DNA of 39,247 bases from a virus (IMGVR_UViG_3300031565_000136:1-39247); one strand, 5' to 3'. Shown: positions 8,657 to 17,419, counted from the first letter of the stretch. Numbers and translations are program-made. The notes: generated by a model from the sequence alone, not told the origin.

Positions 8657-9103
8657 ATGAAGACGAGACACTATGTACTGATCGGGATCCTGGTATTGGC
8701 ATTGGCAGCCGGGGCCATATATAGCTTCGTGAACTATGGCACGGCTTGCCCGCGCAAAGCGACGGCACGGTTCCTTGACGATTACAACTCGCTGGTGGTG
8801 CAGTTCAGCGACACTTTCAACCGTGCAGCGAGCACGTCACGTATCGCCCTGTCGCCGGTGATCGGCGAGTTGCAGAGCATCAAGCGGGAAGTGGACGACC
8901 TCGACGATGTGTGCCAGGAGGCGACCCAACTAAAGGCGGCGACTGTCTACGCGATGGATGCGAGTATCGACGGCTTCATGCTGTTCATGGCAGACGCCCC
9001 CGATAAGGACGTGGCCGCCAAGTTCGGCGAGGCGACCCGGCGAACGGAGACGGCCACCCGCAAGATTGGCGTGCTGGTGAAGGCCGCGGGGGGCGGGCGG
9101 TAG
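8657..9103 (+). CDS. membrane-anchored/exported helical protein
   Basis: AGGAG RBS; N-terminal basic + hydrophobic segment, two Cys, amphipathic helices. Confidence 0.75.
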   Translation: MKTRHYVLIGILVLALAAGAIYSFVNYGTACPRKATARFLDDYNSLVVQFSDTFNRAASTSRIALSPVIGELQSIKREVDDLDDVCQEATQLKAATVYAMDASIDGFMLFMADAPDKDVAAKFGEATRRTETATRKIGVLVKAAGGGR

Positions 9104-9110
9104 GCGCGAG

Positions 9111-9139
9111 TTGACACGGCAGAGGAATCGTGATATGAT
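9111..9139 (+). promoter_or_regulatory. sigma70-type promoter for replication operon
   Basis: TTGACA (9111-9116), 17 bp, TG-n-TATGAT (9134-9139). Confidence 0.85.
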
Positions 9140-9147
9140 CTGGACAA

Positions 9148-9300
9148 GCCTAGACCAAGAGTGTGCGGGGACTTTTCCGTCTCCGGTCACAATCCCATAC
9201 GCATGTGGGCAAAGGTCCCCATATCGCACACGTGGACGCAAGTCCCCGTCTCTTGGTCTAGGCAACCGGAGACACGTGTCGCGGTATGGGGTCTTTTGCG
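9148..9300 (+). ncRNA. structured leader RNA with competing long-range pairings (c4/CI-like candidate)
   Basis: 14-bp perfect stem 9148-9161/9250-9263, 9-bp stem 9166-9174/9240-9248, loop segments complementary to 9265-9299. Confidence 0.65.
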
Positions 9301-9313
9301 TTTGGGAGGAATT

Positions 9314-10120
9314 ATGGCGCGTGCACCAAGGCGAGGTAGAGTGAACCTTCTCTGCCAGCATTGCGGCAAGACATATAATGTCGTTGCCAGCCGCCAACAC
9401 CATAGCAAGTATTGCTCCAAGGAATGCCAAGACAATGCCGCTAGCCTCGGCGAAACGAGGGCATGTCTCATTTGTGGCACATCCTTTTACGTTCCCCGCT
9501 GGAAGATAGAAAAGGATGTCGGGCACTATTGCTCCTCCGAGTGCTTTGGAAAGGCGTCTCGCAAACGTATAGAGGCAAAATGCATTCAGTGCCATCACAC
9601 CTATATCATCATAGAGAGCAAGCAAGACGCGACCAGGTTCTGTAGCCGGGAATGCCAGGCAACATGGCAATCTGAGAACTGGACAGGATCAAACTCCCCG
9701 CACTGGGGCGGCAGAGAGCAGGAATGCGCATGGTGCGGCAAGATATATCTTGTCGGCAAGTGGAAAGCCGACAATGGTCTATCCCGTTTTTGTAGTCGAG
9801 AGTGCTATGGGCGTTGGCGCTCCCAAGAGTTATGCGGGGAAAACAGCAATCAGTGGAAGGGCGGACGTGCAGAGTATTATGGTCCAAACTGGTACAAGCA
9901 GCGGGCAAAGGCACGGCGCCGCGACAAGTTCACTTGTCAGAGATGCGGTATCCACCAACAAGATTGTGACCAAGCCCTATCTGTTCACCACATCAAGCCA
10001 TTCTGTGAGTTCGGCTATGTGCCTGGAGAGAACGAAAACTATCGGGAAGCAAATAGACTGGACAACCTTGTATCGTTCTGCCAACCGTGCCATATGCAAG
10101 AGGAACATGCACTAGCTTAA
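9314..10120 (+). CDS. HNH endonuclease with four N-terminal Zn-finger repeats
   Basis: GGGAGG RBS; four CxxC...(Y/F)CSxEC repeats; RRRDKFTCQRCG...VHHIKPF...NRLDNLVSFCQPCH. Confidence 0.9.
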   Translation: MARAPRRGRVNLLCQHCGKTYNVVASRQHHSKYCSKECQDNAASLGETRACLICGTSFYVPRWKIEKDVGHYCSSECFGKASRKRIEAKCIQCHHTYIIIESKQDATRFCSRECQATWQSENWTGSNSPHWGGREQECAWCGKIYLVGKWKADNGLSRFCSRECYGRWRSQELCGENSNQWKGGRAEYYGPNWYKQRAKARRRDKFTCQRCGIHQQDCDQALSVHHIKPFCEFGYVPGENENYREANRLDNLVSFCQPCHMQEEHALA

Positions 10121-10151
10121 CCAACCAACAGCGATACCATAGGGGCGAGCT

Positions 10152-11084
10152 ATGGAATTAGCATCAATTGAGGAAGCCGTCGCGCTGGCGCAACGACGCT
10201 GGCCGGGGCTTGAACTCAGAATCAAGAATCACCATGAGGCGAATGGCCCTTGTCCTATCTGCCACAAAGCAGAAACAGACGGGTTCGTGTTGTTCGAAGA
10301 CGGAGGCTATTTCTGTCGACCAGGCGACCATACGGGATGGCTTGACGAGGAAGATAACAGGCTCTCGGCAGAGGAGCGGCGCCTACTGTGGATAGAAGCA
10401 GAGGCGCGCCGCGCCAGACGGGAGCGCGAACAGATGCAGCGCCAGCTTACCGCACTCGAACGGATGCTGGAATGCACGGACCACATCAAGTATCACAAAC
10501 TGCTCGACGACTCCGACCGGGAATGGTGGCATTCGCAAGGCATCTATGATTCGGCGATAGACGAGTACAAACTCGGCGTGTGCTACAACTGCCCGACCGC
10601 TCCCCGCCAAGCGTCTTATACTATCCCCGTTTTTGACAGCACATGGACCAAGCTGCTCAATATCCGCCATCGACTGATAGACGCTACCAATGGTGATCGC
10701 TACCGACCACACATGGCGGGGCTGCCCGGGAAGCTGCTTTTCAATGCCCGGTGGACCAAAGAACATGACACGCTCCTGGTGGTGGAGGGAGAGAAAAAGA
10801 GTATCGTCGTAAGTTCGCATGTTATGCCGGCGGTGGGCATTCTTGGCGCATCTGGCTTTGACATGCGCTGGCTACCCCACTTTGAGAATGTCAAGCGGCT
10901 ATACGTGGCACTTGATCCAGATGTGCAGGATAAGGCCATGGCATTGGGCAAAGAGATTGCTACCAAGAGCAAGATGGACGTGCGTGTCTGTACATTCCCG
11001 GTAAAGCCAGACGACTTCTTTCTCAAGGGAGGCAAGCCCAAGGAGTTCGCGGATTTTGTCAAGTGGGCCAAGGTGGTGAACTGA
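10152..11084 (+). CDS. DNA primase (Zn-binding + TOPRIM)
   Basis: GPCPIC..DGF...FCR; YTIPV; LLVVEGEKK; YVALDPD; KPDD. Confidence 0.85.
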   Translation: MELASIEEAVALAQRRWPGLELRIKNHHEANGPCPICHKAETDGFVLFEDGGYFCRPGDHTGWLDEEDNRLSAEERRLLWIEAEARRARREREQMQRQLTALERMLECTDHIKYHKLLDDSDREWWHSQGIYDSAIDEYKLGVCYNCPTAPRQASYTIPVFDSTWTKLLNIRHRLIDATNGDRYRPHMAGLPGKLLFNARWTKEHDTLLVVEGEKKSIVVSSHVMPAVGILGASGFDMRWLPHFENVKRLYVALDPDVQDKAMALGKEIATKSKMDVRVCTFPVKPDDFFLKGGKPKEFADFVKWAKVVN

Positions 11085-11224
11085 TGCCCCCGAAGTTGCC
11101 GCCAAAAAACGTATGGGATTTGTTCAGACGCTGCGTGCTGGGCATCACAGATGCTCAGATGCGGGGCTATGCGCTTCAGCTTATGATACGAAGACGTAAG
11201 GAACAGGGGCGAGACAGTGGCTAA
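11084..11224 (+). CDS. 46-aa hypothetical protein
   Basis: TGATG-coupled ORF filling gap between primase and initiator. Confidence 0.45.
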   Translation: MPPKLPPKNVWDLFRRCVLGITDAQMRGYALQLMIRRRKEQGRDSG

Positions 11225-12164
11225 CTTTACGACCGAGATGGGGAACTTTACTCCCCTATTCGACGTGGTGATCCAAACTGTGGGCGTGGTAGGCGCTAGC
11301 GTCTATGGGCGCGTATGGCGCTATTGCCAGGGCGAGCGCGGCGTGTGCCAAGCGTCGATGGACACGATAGCGAACGAACTGGGCATGAGCCGGCAGACGG
11401 TAGTGCGGTGGCTCGGGAAGCTATGTGATGTCGGCTATCTGGAAGACACCACACCAGGATTGCGCAACCGACCACATACTTACCGTGACACCGGCAAGGT
11501 GCAGATCCAGGTACGTCTGGATGCTGTAACAGAGAGTGACACCCCCGATTCCACTGTAACAGAAAGTAGCAGTGCTGTAACAGAAAGTGACTCTCACTGT
11601 AACAGAAAGTCACATGAAGAGAGAAAGAAGAGAGAAGGTAAGAGAGAAGAAGACGACGCTTCCGCGTCGGTTCCTCCTGGCGATCTTGATGAGATAGACT
11701 GGCACGATGGGAGTGAGGGGATACCCGATAACGGTGACGCGGAGAAGTTCAAGCAGACGGGCGACATCGTGTTGGATATCGTGGCCGCCAGTGACCTGCA
11801 CAAGAAACGTGGCATACCAGACTGGGCCATGCTTGGCGCTGAGGGATTGCACCCCGTCTTCCCGGTGGTGAAGGCGTTTTGTGAGTTGACGGGGCAAGAC
11901 GCAATGTCGCTGAAGAAAACGCAAGGGCAAGGGTGGCTGAAGCAATTCGAGAAACTGGGGGGGGAGCATAGCGTGTCTGTCAAGCAGCTTCTGCAGGCAC
12001 ACGAAGTGCTGCCGGACAAAGAGTGGGGCGAATGGCACCTACAACACCACAAGTGGAATACGCCCTTCCAAGACAGCTATGTGGACATGCTTACTTACGC
12101 GGCGCGACAGATACGCGACGGGACACTAGAGACAGGCAGCAAGGTGATAAGGATACGCAATTGA
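11217..12164 (+). CDS. phage replication initiator (N-terminal winged HTH, lambda O-like layout)
   Basis: CQASMDTIANELGMSRQTVVRWLGKLCDVGYL; internal iterons; precedes helicase. Confidence 0.8.
   Translation: MANFTTEMGNFTPLFDVVIQTVGVVGASVYGRVWRYCQGERGVCQASMDTIANELGMSRQTVVRWLGKLCDVGYLEDTTPGLRNRPHTYRDTGKVQIQVRLDAVTESDTPDSTVTESSSAVTESDSHCNRKSHEERKKREGKREEDDASASVPPGDLDEIDWHDGSEGIPDNGDAEKFKQTGDIVLDIVAASDLHKKRGIPDWAMLGAEGLHPVFPVVKAFCELTGQDAMSLKKTQGQGWLKQFEKLGGEHSVSVKQLLQAHEVLPDKEWGEWHLQHHKWNTPFQDSYVDMLTYAARQIRDGTLETGSKVIRIRN
11524..11652 (+). repeat. probable replication origin: four 17-bp iterons plus purine tract
   Basis: CTGTAACAGA(A/G)AGTnnC at 11524, 11554, 11575, 11597, followed by A/G-rich run. 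Confidence 0.85.
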
Positions 12165-13123
12165 TGATCGACTACAGCCAGCTCGTACACTCACCCGCAG
12201 AACTGGCAGCGGAACAAGTGGCCTGGGCCAAGCACCTGAAGGATGCACCCGGCGTGCCATTCGGCATCCCGGCGGTGGATGCCAAGGTGATCCCCTTTCA
12301 CCCGGGCGACATGGTGGTGTTCGTGGCACGACCAGGGCATGGAAAAACATCGATGCTGGCCTACCTTGCACGGGCGGAGGCCAGGCGCATCCAGATGCGG
12401 GGTACGGTAGATACCGAGGCGGTGGTGTATGTGACGTGGGAACAGGTCACGGAGGAAATCAATGCTGTCCTTGACGTGAGCGAGAACTACACAGTGAGCG
12501 ATCTCGCCTGGGGTAAGGTGGACCTCGATATGGTAGAGCGCCAAGCGATGAAGCGGGCGGGCATGCCGATCTGGATTATCGGCGATAGCTTGGCCCGCAC
12601 CAATGCCAAGTCGCCGCGCATGTATCCAGATGCGGTGTTCGCCGCCATTGAAAGCATGGCTGACGATTACGGTGTGCGCCCGACGCTGATGTGCTTTGAC
12701 TACATTCAGCTTATCCCCATCCCTACGCAGGCCGACCGGATGAAGCAGGTAACAGAGGCCGCGCACCGCTGCAAAGAACTTGCGAAGCGTGTTGGATGCC
12801 CGGCTGCCGTGGCGGTCCAGGCGCGGCGAGAGGTAGACAGCCGCGAGAACAAGACGCCCGGCCTGTGGGATGCACAATGGGCCAGCAGCATCGAACAGAC
12901 GGCCGACAAGTATTTCAGCCTGTGGCGTCCTTGGCTCACCGAGCCCCGTGAGGGGATTGTGGACATTGACGGGCGCCAACTTCCCGTGACTGAGGGCCTG
13001 CTGATCATGAGCATGCAGAAGCAGCGATTTGAGAATGGACGTTGGACGTGGCCGCTATGGTTCCAGCCGCAATACCTCAAGCTGTGTGAGCTGGAGCTGA
13101 GAGTTGACAAGCTCAACTTCTAG
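12164..13123 (+). CDS. DnaB-like replicative helicase (C-terminal ATPase domain only)
   Basis: ARPGHGKT Walker A, FDYIQLI, KELAK, IEQTAD, KQR; TGATG coupling. Confidence 0.9.
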   Translation: MIDYSQLVHSPAELAAEQVAWAKHLKDAPGVPFGIPAVDAKVIPFHPGDMVVFVARPGHGKTSMLAYLARAEARRIQMRGTVDTEAVVYVTWEQVTEEINAVLDVSENYTVSDLAWGKVDLDMVERQAMKRAGMPIWIIGDSLARTNAKSPRMYPDAVFAAIESMADDYGVRPTLMCFDYIQLIPIPTQADRMKQVTEAAHRCKELAKRVGCPAAVAVQARREVDSRENKTPGLWDAQWASSIEQTADKYFSLWRPWLTEPREGIVDIDGRQLPVTEGLLIMSMQKQRFENGRWTWPLWFQPQYLKLCELELRVDKLNF

Positions 13124-13175
13124 GGCACCCTGCTCGAGCTACGCGGCGACGTGAGGAACGCGAAGGAGGCGTGAG

Positions 13176-14000
13176 ATGCACGGAATAGAATGGCTCAATC
13201 GTCCAGGGACAACTGGGGAAACTTGGTCACCCATTACCGGCTGCACCCCCATCAGCGAAGGGTGTGCCAACTGCTACGCCCGGCGCATGGCCAAGCGGCT
13301 GGCGGGGCGGTTCGGGTATCCAGTAGCACCCCATGAGTTCGACGTCACGCTGCACCGGGACAAGTGGCGTGACCCGCTGAAGTGGAGCAAGCCGCGTACC
13401 GTCTTCATGTGCAGTATGTCCGACCTGTTCCACGAGGACGTCGACGAGTATTTCCGCGCCGACCTGTGGGCCGTGATGTGTGGCACGCCGCAGAACACAT
13501 ATATCGTGCTCACCAAGCGGGCGAAGGCAATGCACGACTGGATCGTGGACAACGAAATGGACATGCCGCCCCACATCATCGGCATGGTCACTGCTGAGAA
13601 CCAGGCGCGTGCCGATGAACGGATACCGTGGCTAGTCAAGACGGCCTTCATGGTGCGTGGGGTGAGCGTGGAGCCGATGCTGTCAGCCATTGACTTGTCC
13701 CGTTGGCTAGGCGGCAGCGAAGAATGCTACGTCTGCGGAAGCACCGGAGAGGGAATCGCCGGGACAGACTGCCCCGCCTGCTTGGGCACGGCATACATTG
13801 ACAAGCCGCCATTACTTGACTGGGTGATATGCGGCGCCGAAACAGGGCCTGGTGCTCGCCCGATGAACCTGGCCTGGGCACGCGACCTGCGCGACCAGTG
13901 CAAGGCGGCAGGCGTGCCCTATTTCTTCAAGCGCGCGGGGCCTGGCCAGGAGACGCCACCCGACCTGATGGTGCGTGAGTGGCCCGGGGAGGCGACATGA
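13176..14000 (+). CDS. phage Gp37/Gp68 (DUF5131) family protein
   Basis: IEW...TWSPITGCTPISEGCANCYA, FMCSMSDLFHE, LTKR, SVEPML, LDWVICGAETGPGARP, YFFK. Confidence 0.9.
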   Translation: MHGIEWLNRPGTTGETWSPITGCTPISEGCANCYARRMAKRLAGRFGYPVAPHEFDVTLHRDKWRDPLKWSKPRTVFMCSMSDLFHEDVDEYFRADLWAVMCGTPQNTYIVLTKRAKAMHDWIVDNEMDMPPHIIGMVTAENQARADERIPWLVKTAFMVRGVSVEPMLSAIDLSRWLGGSEECYVCGSTGEGIAGTDCPACLGTAYIDKPPLLDWVICGAETGPGARPMNLAWARDLRDQCKAAGVPYFFKRAGPGQETPPDLMVREWPGEAT

Positions 14001-14894
14001 GAACAGCAAGATGGCTGACCGTGATGGTGCTACTCGTCGGCCTGCTTGTGACGACCCGGGTGGCGTCGCCGTCCACCCCGACGCTGATGAACGAGCTGCC
14101 GCTGGGCCGGTGCTACAGCCGGTGCGCTGCCTCGATCCTGTTGAACTTCGACTGGTGCGCCAGCGGGTGCCGGTACGTGCTCGGCGGGGAGGAGAGGTGA
14201 GATGAGAGACCTAATACAGCGCTGGATCTGGCGTGCATTTGTGCGCCACTGCAGAGACCTACACAATGCCGCCTTCGAGGCATGCAGCGACCGGCGGTGC
14301 TGGCTGACGTGGCAGGTCGAGCGGCGGCTATACTTCTGGCTGTACCCGGAGGCGTGAGATGAAAAAGCTGTGGTTACGCGAACGCGACGCCGACCCGTCG
14401 TGCTGGTGCCCCTGGGAGCCAGCGACAACGGTTGTCATGGGGCGGAGCTTCATTGGTCCTCAGCCGCCAGGTGACGATGTGGGCGTGTTCTGGTTCGATG
14501 ATGATGTCGTGAACATCCAGCTAAACGCCCTGGGCGTGGAGGTGTATCACAAGTGGCAGGAGGAGGCGTGAGATGAGAGACACCCGCCAAGCGACCATCG
14601 GGGCGTTGGCCTATGCGCTTGAGGGACTAGTCAAAGACGCTACCCTGACACATGAAGAGCGGATAGAGATGGCGAATCGGTGGCTGGCGGTAAAGGTGCC
14701 TGAAGAGGAGGCCGACGATGCCTAACCTATGGCATTGTGCGCCAGGCGGCGTGATCACGCTTGTGGTATTCGTGCTGAGTTCTGTGGCATTGGCGTACTT
14801 CCGCAACGTCTATGCGGTCCTGGCGTGGCTGGCCCTGATGCTGTTCTGCGTGACGTTTGGGCCTATCGTTGACCGCTGGTGGGGGAGAGGCTGA
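13997..14894 (+). other. five small ORFs (13997-14200, 14202-14357, 14359-14571, 14573-14725, 14718-14894)
   Basis: Tightly packed with repeated GGAGGCGTGAGATG-type junctions; first has signal-like N-terminus and Cys pairs, last has two TM segments. Confidence 0.6.
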
Positions 14895-15205
14895 TGCCTG
14901 ACGAGAGCGAGCTGGCGCACGACATCGACGGCTTCATGGAGGCTGCCGGGTTCCACGTTGACAAGTTCTCCCAGAACCGCAAGACGCGCGGGCAGCTCGC
15001 AGGGCATCCAGACCGCGTATACCTGGGGCATGGGCGCCTGCTGTATGTGGAACTGAAGGCGCATACCAACACCCTCACCGTGGCCGAAGAGGACTGGTGG
15101 GACACGCACCGGCCGTACTTCAATTCGCCATACGTCGACGGGTGCATCTGGCGCCGCTTCGACGATGCGCTCGAGTGGGTGAAGGGGATGGAGGAGCTGC
15201 CGTGA
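14894..15205 (+). CDS. VRR-NUC-like nuclease / resolvase
   Basis: ESEL...GHPDRVYL...LLYVELK PD-(D/E)XK motif. Confidence 0.75.
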   Translation: MPDESELAHDIDGFMEAAGFHVDKFSQNRKTRGQLAGHPDRVYLGHGRLLYVELKAHTNTLTVAEEDWWDTHRPYFNSPYVDGCIWRRFDDALEWVKGMEELP

Positions 15206-15375
15206 CCACCCCCATCCGCGCCACCACCCAGTTCTGGGGGTCGTCGCAGGACAGAGGACATATTGCGCGCTTGGGAGGATACGGTGATCGTTGATGAATT
15301 GTGTCTGTTGCCCATTCTTGTGTTTATCCTGGCCTTGCTGCTCACCTGGCTGGGTCACGCAATTGAGAGAATGGC

Positions 15376-16206
15376 ATGACGTGGAGTAAGCGCCCCATCG
15401 AGCACATTGACGGCAACACGGCGCTGCTGTCCGTCGTGTTCACGTGGGACTTGCCCCAGGCCTACAGCCGTGCCGTGTGGTTGCGCGAGATGGGCTACCG
15501 TGTCAGGGCAGGTGGGCCAGCGGTGAAGCTGATGCCCGACTACCTGGCAGACGTGGCCGAATGCAACGGGATGGCGGTGGATGCGCTACCCTGGCACAAC
15601 CCAGCGGCGACGTTCACCAGCCGGGGTTGCATCCGGCGGTGTGGATTTTGCGCGATCCCGAAGATAGAGGGCGACTTGGTAGAGCTGGACGACTGGCCCG
15701 TGCGTCCCATCATATGCGACAACAACCTGCTCGCATGCAGCCGCGCACACTTCGACAATGTAGTGGACAGGCTCAAGCTGCTCGAAGGCATCGATTTCAA
15801 TCAAGGGCTGGATGCGCGGCTGTTGACCAAGCACCATGCGGAACGACTGGCTGAGCTAGACTGCATTGCGCGATTGGCATGGGACGACATGACCTATGAG
15901 CGCCCATTTCGGCGTGCCTATGAAATGCTACGGCATGCCGGGTTCCCCGCTGATCGCGTCTTCGTCTATGTCCTGATTGGCTACAATGACACGCCAGAGG
16001 ATGCGCTATACCGATTGAGCGAGATATGGAAAACAGGATCATTCCCTGATCCTATGCGCTATCAGCCGCTCGACGCACTGCACAAGAATAGCTTTGTGGG
16101 CGAGCATTGGACAGAGCGTGAACTGCGCCGCTATACGCGCTACTGGTCCCGCCTGTTCTGGTTCAGCGTGCGATTCAAGATTCCATTTGAGGAGTATGTA
16201 GGATGA
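15376..16206 (+). CDS. radical SAM protein
   Basis: TSRGCIRRCGFC (CxxxCxxC), DNNLL, DFNQGLDARL, YVLIGY. Confidence 0.85.
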   Translation: MTWSKRPIEHIDGNTALLSVVFTWDLPQAYSRAVWLREMGYRVRAGGPAVKLMPDYLADVAECNGMAVDALPWHNPAATFTSRGCIRRCGFCAIPKIEGDLVELDDWPVRPIICDNNLLACSRAHFDNVVDRLKLLEGIDFNQGLDARLLTKHHAERLAELDCIARLAWDDMTYERPFRRAYEMLRHAGFPADRVFVYVLIGYNDTPEDALYRLSEIWKTGSFPDPMRYQPLDALHKNSFVGEHWTERELRRYTRYWSRLFWFSVRFKIPFEEYVG

Positions 16207-16421
16207 CACCGGAAGCCTTGTCCTGGGTGCTGAGTGGCACAAGCGCCGTGATGCTTTGGCTGATGGGCAACAAAACCAAGTGGGGGCCGCGCGTCGGCAT
16301 TGCCAATCAAGTGTTGTGGATCATCTATGCTATCTGGACGCAACAGTGGGGCTTGCTGCCCGGCGTCCTACTCTACACCGCGATCCACATTCGCAATCTG
16401 ATCCGGTGGGAAGCAGCATGA
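16203..16421 (+). CDS. small PnuC-like membrane protein
   Basis: Three hydrophobic segments, WLMGNK..WG..VGIANQVLWIIYAI. Confidence 0.55.
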   Translation: MTPEALSWVLSGTSAVMLWLMGNKTKWGPRVGIANQVLWIIYAIWTQQWGLLPGVLLYTAIHIRNLIRWEAA

Positions 16422-16741
16422 CCATCTACAGCCACAGCCCCAACGACCTGACCTGGGGCGACATTCGCGGTGAACTGCCGTGGGGCCACCTCCCTGGCAA
16501 CGGGTGCGAGCATTGGTTGCCCAACCCGGACGCGGCAGAAGTGGCGACGTGTGAGGACCGGTGCCCGCTCTACCTGGAGGATGGTGCCGAATGTAACCAA
16601 AAGGACGAACGATGTCCTTTTTACCGCACGCACCATAAGCAGCAGGCGATGGCCAAGACCAGCTACCGCCTACGCAACAAGTGGCAGCGGGAACTGGACC
16701 AGGCGGTCGAGCGGATAGTGGCGGAGAGGGAGGAATCATGA
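16418..16741 (+). CDS. Cys-rich hypothetical protein
   Basis: ATGA coupling; GCEH...CEDRCP...C....CP. Confidence 0.6.
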   Translation: MTIYSHSPNDLTWGDIRGELPWGHLPGNGCEHWLPNPDAAEVATCEDRCPLYLEDGAECNQKDERCPFYRTHHKQQAMAKTSYRLRNKWQRELDQAVERIVAEREES

Positions 16742-17013
16742 GCATGACTGAGCCGGGGCGAGCGGCTTGGCGTGAACGGGTCCGCGAGACAGCCGAACAG
16801 CGCGAATGGGTAGCACTGCAAAAGGGCTATCTCATCTGCGGCCACCTACGCGACGGGGAGGCCATGCGCACCTGCGACGTGGTGGACCTGATGGGCGTCG
16901 TCAAGTGGGACACGGCCTACCGCGCAATGGAGTTACTGGCTGCTGCGGACCCCGCACTCAAGCAGGACGGGGATGGCTTCTGGTATCTCGACTTTGAACA
17001 AATGAGCGTCTAA
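16738..17013 (+). CDS. putative winged-HTH regulator (late-activator position)
   Basis: GGAGG RBS; LRDGEAMRTCDVVDLMGVVKWDTAYRAMELL; last gene before late promoter. Confidence 0.5.
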   Translation: MSMTEPGRAAWRERVRETAEQREWVALQKGYLICGHLRDGEAMRTCDVVDLMGVVKWDTAYRAMELLAAADPALKQDGDGFWYLDFEQMSV

Positions 17014-17048
17014 TACCCCAGAGAGTGGGGTATCCTCTGTGGTATGCT
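17013..17048 (+). promoter_or_regulatory. probable late promoter: palindrome over -35 region plus extended -10
   Basis: ATACCCCA-GAGAG-TGGGGTAT (17013-17033); TG-n-TATGCT (17043-17048). Confidence 0.55.
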
Positions 17049-17094
17049 TACGCTAGGACCACCGTATCAGCCTCGGTTCTAGGAGGAGCGTACT

Positions 17095-17391
17095 ATGCCA
17101 CAGTTTGATTTTGCGCAGCTTGCCATCGGCGGCGTTGCGCTCGTATGGCTCATTCCCCGCGTCGTTCAATTCCTCAAGACTGCCTTCGGCCTGAACGGAA
17201 CCCGCAACATCTGGATCGTCGTGTTCTGTCTGGGCCTTTCCTTTTCCGGCCTGGCGGCGGCCATCTCTGAGGGGCTGGTGCCCGAGGCCGCGATGCTATA
17301 CATCCGCGTCGGGATGATTGCGCTGGCCGGGGCAGTCGCTGCATGTGGGGCCATTGGCGAGTACGAACTAAAAGAGAAATTCAAGGCGTAG
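17095..17391 (+). CDS. holin-like protein, three TM segments
   Basis: AGGAGGAG RBS; three hydrophobic helices, charged C-terminus; first late gene. Confidence 0.6.
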   Translation: MPQFDFAQLAIGGVALVWLIPRVVQFLKTAFGLNGTRNIWIVVFCLGLSFSGLAAAISEGLVPEAAMLYIRVGMIALAGAVAACGAIGEYELKEKFKA

Positions 17392-17419
17392 CTATCAGCC
17401 GTGAGGGGCGCACGGAATC

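Noticed and set aside
9161-9313. N-terminal extension of the HNH ORF given by the ORF track
   Set aside because: Overlaps structured leader; strong GGGAGG RBS supports ATG 9314
9148-10120. Assignment as IscB/HEARO (OMEGA) system
   Set aside because: Protein shows no split RuvC motifs or PLMP N-terminus; RNA layout fits an antisense switch better. RNA-HNH partnership is kept only as an alternative
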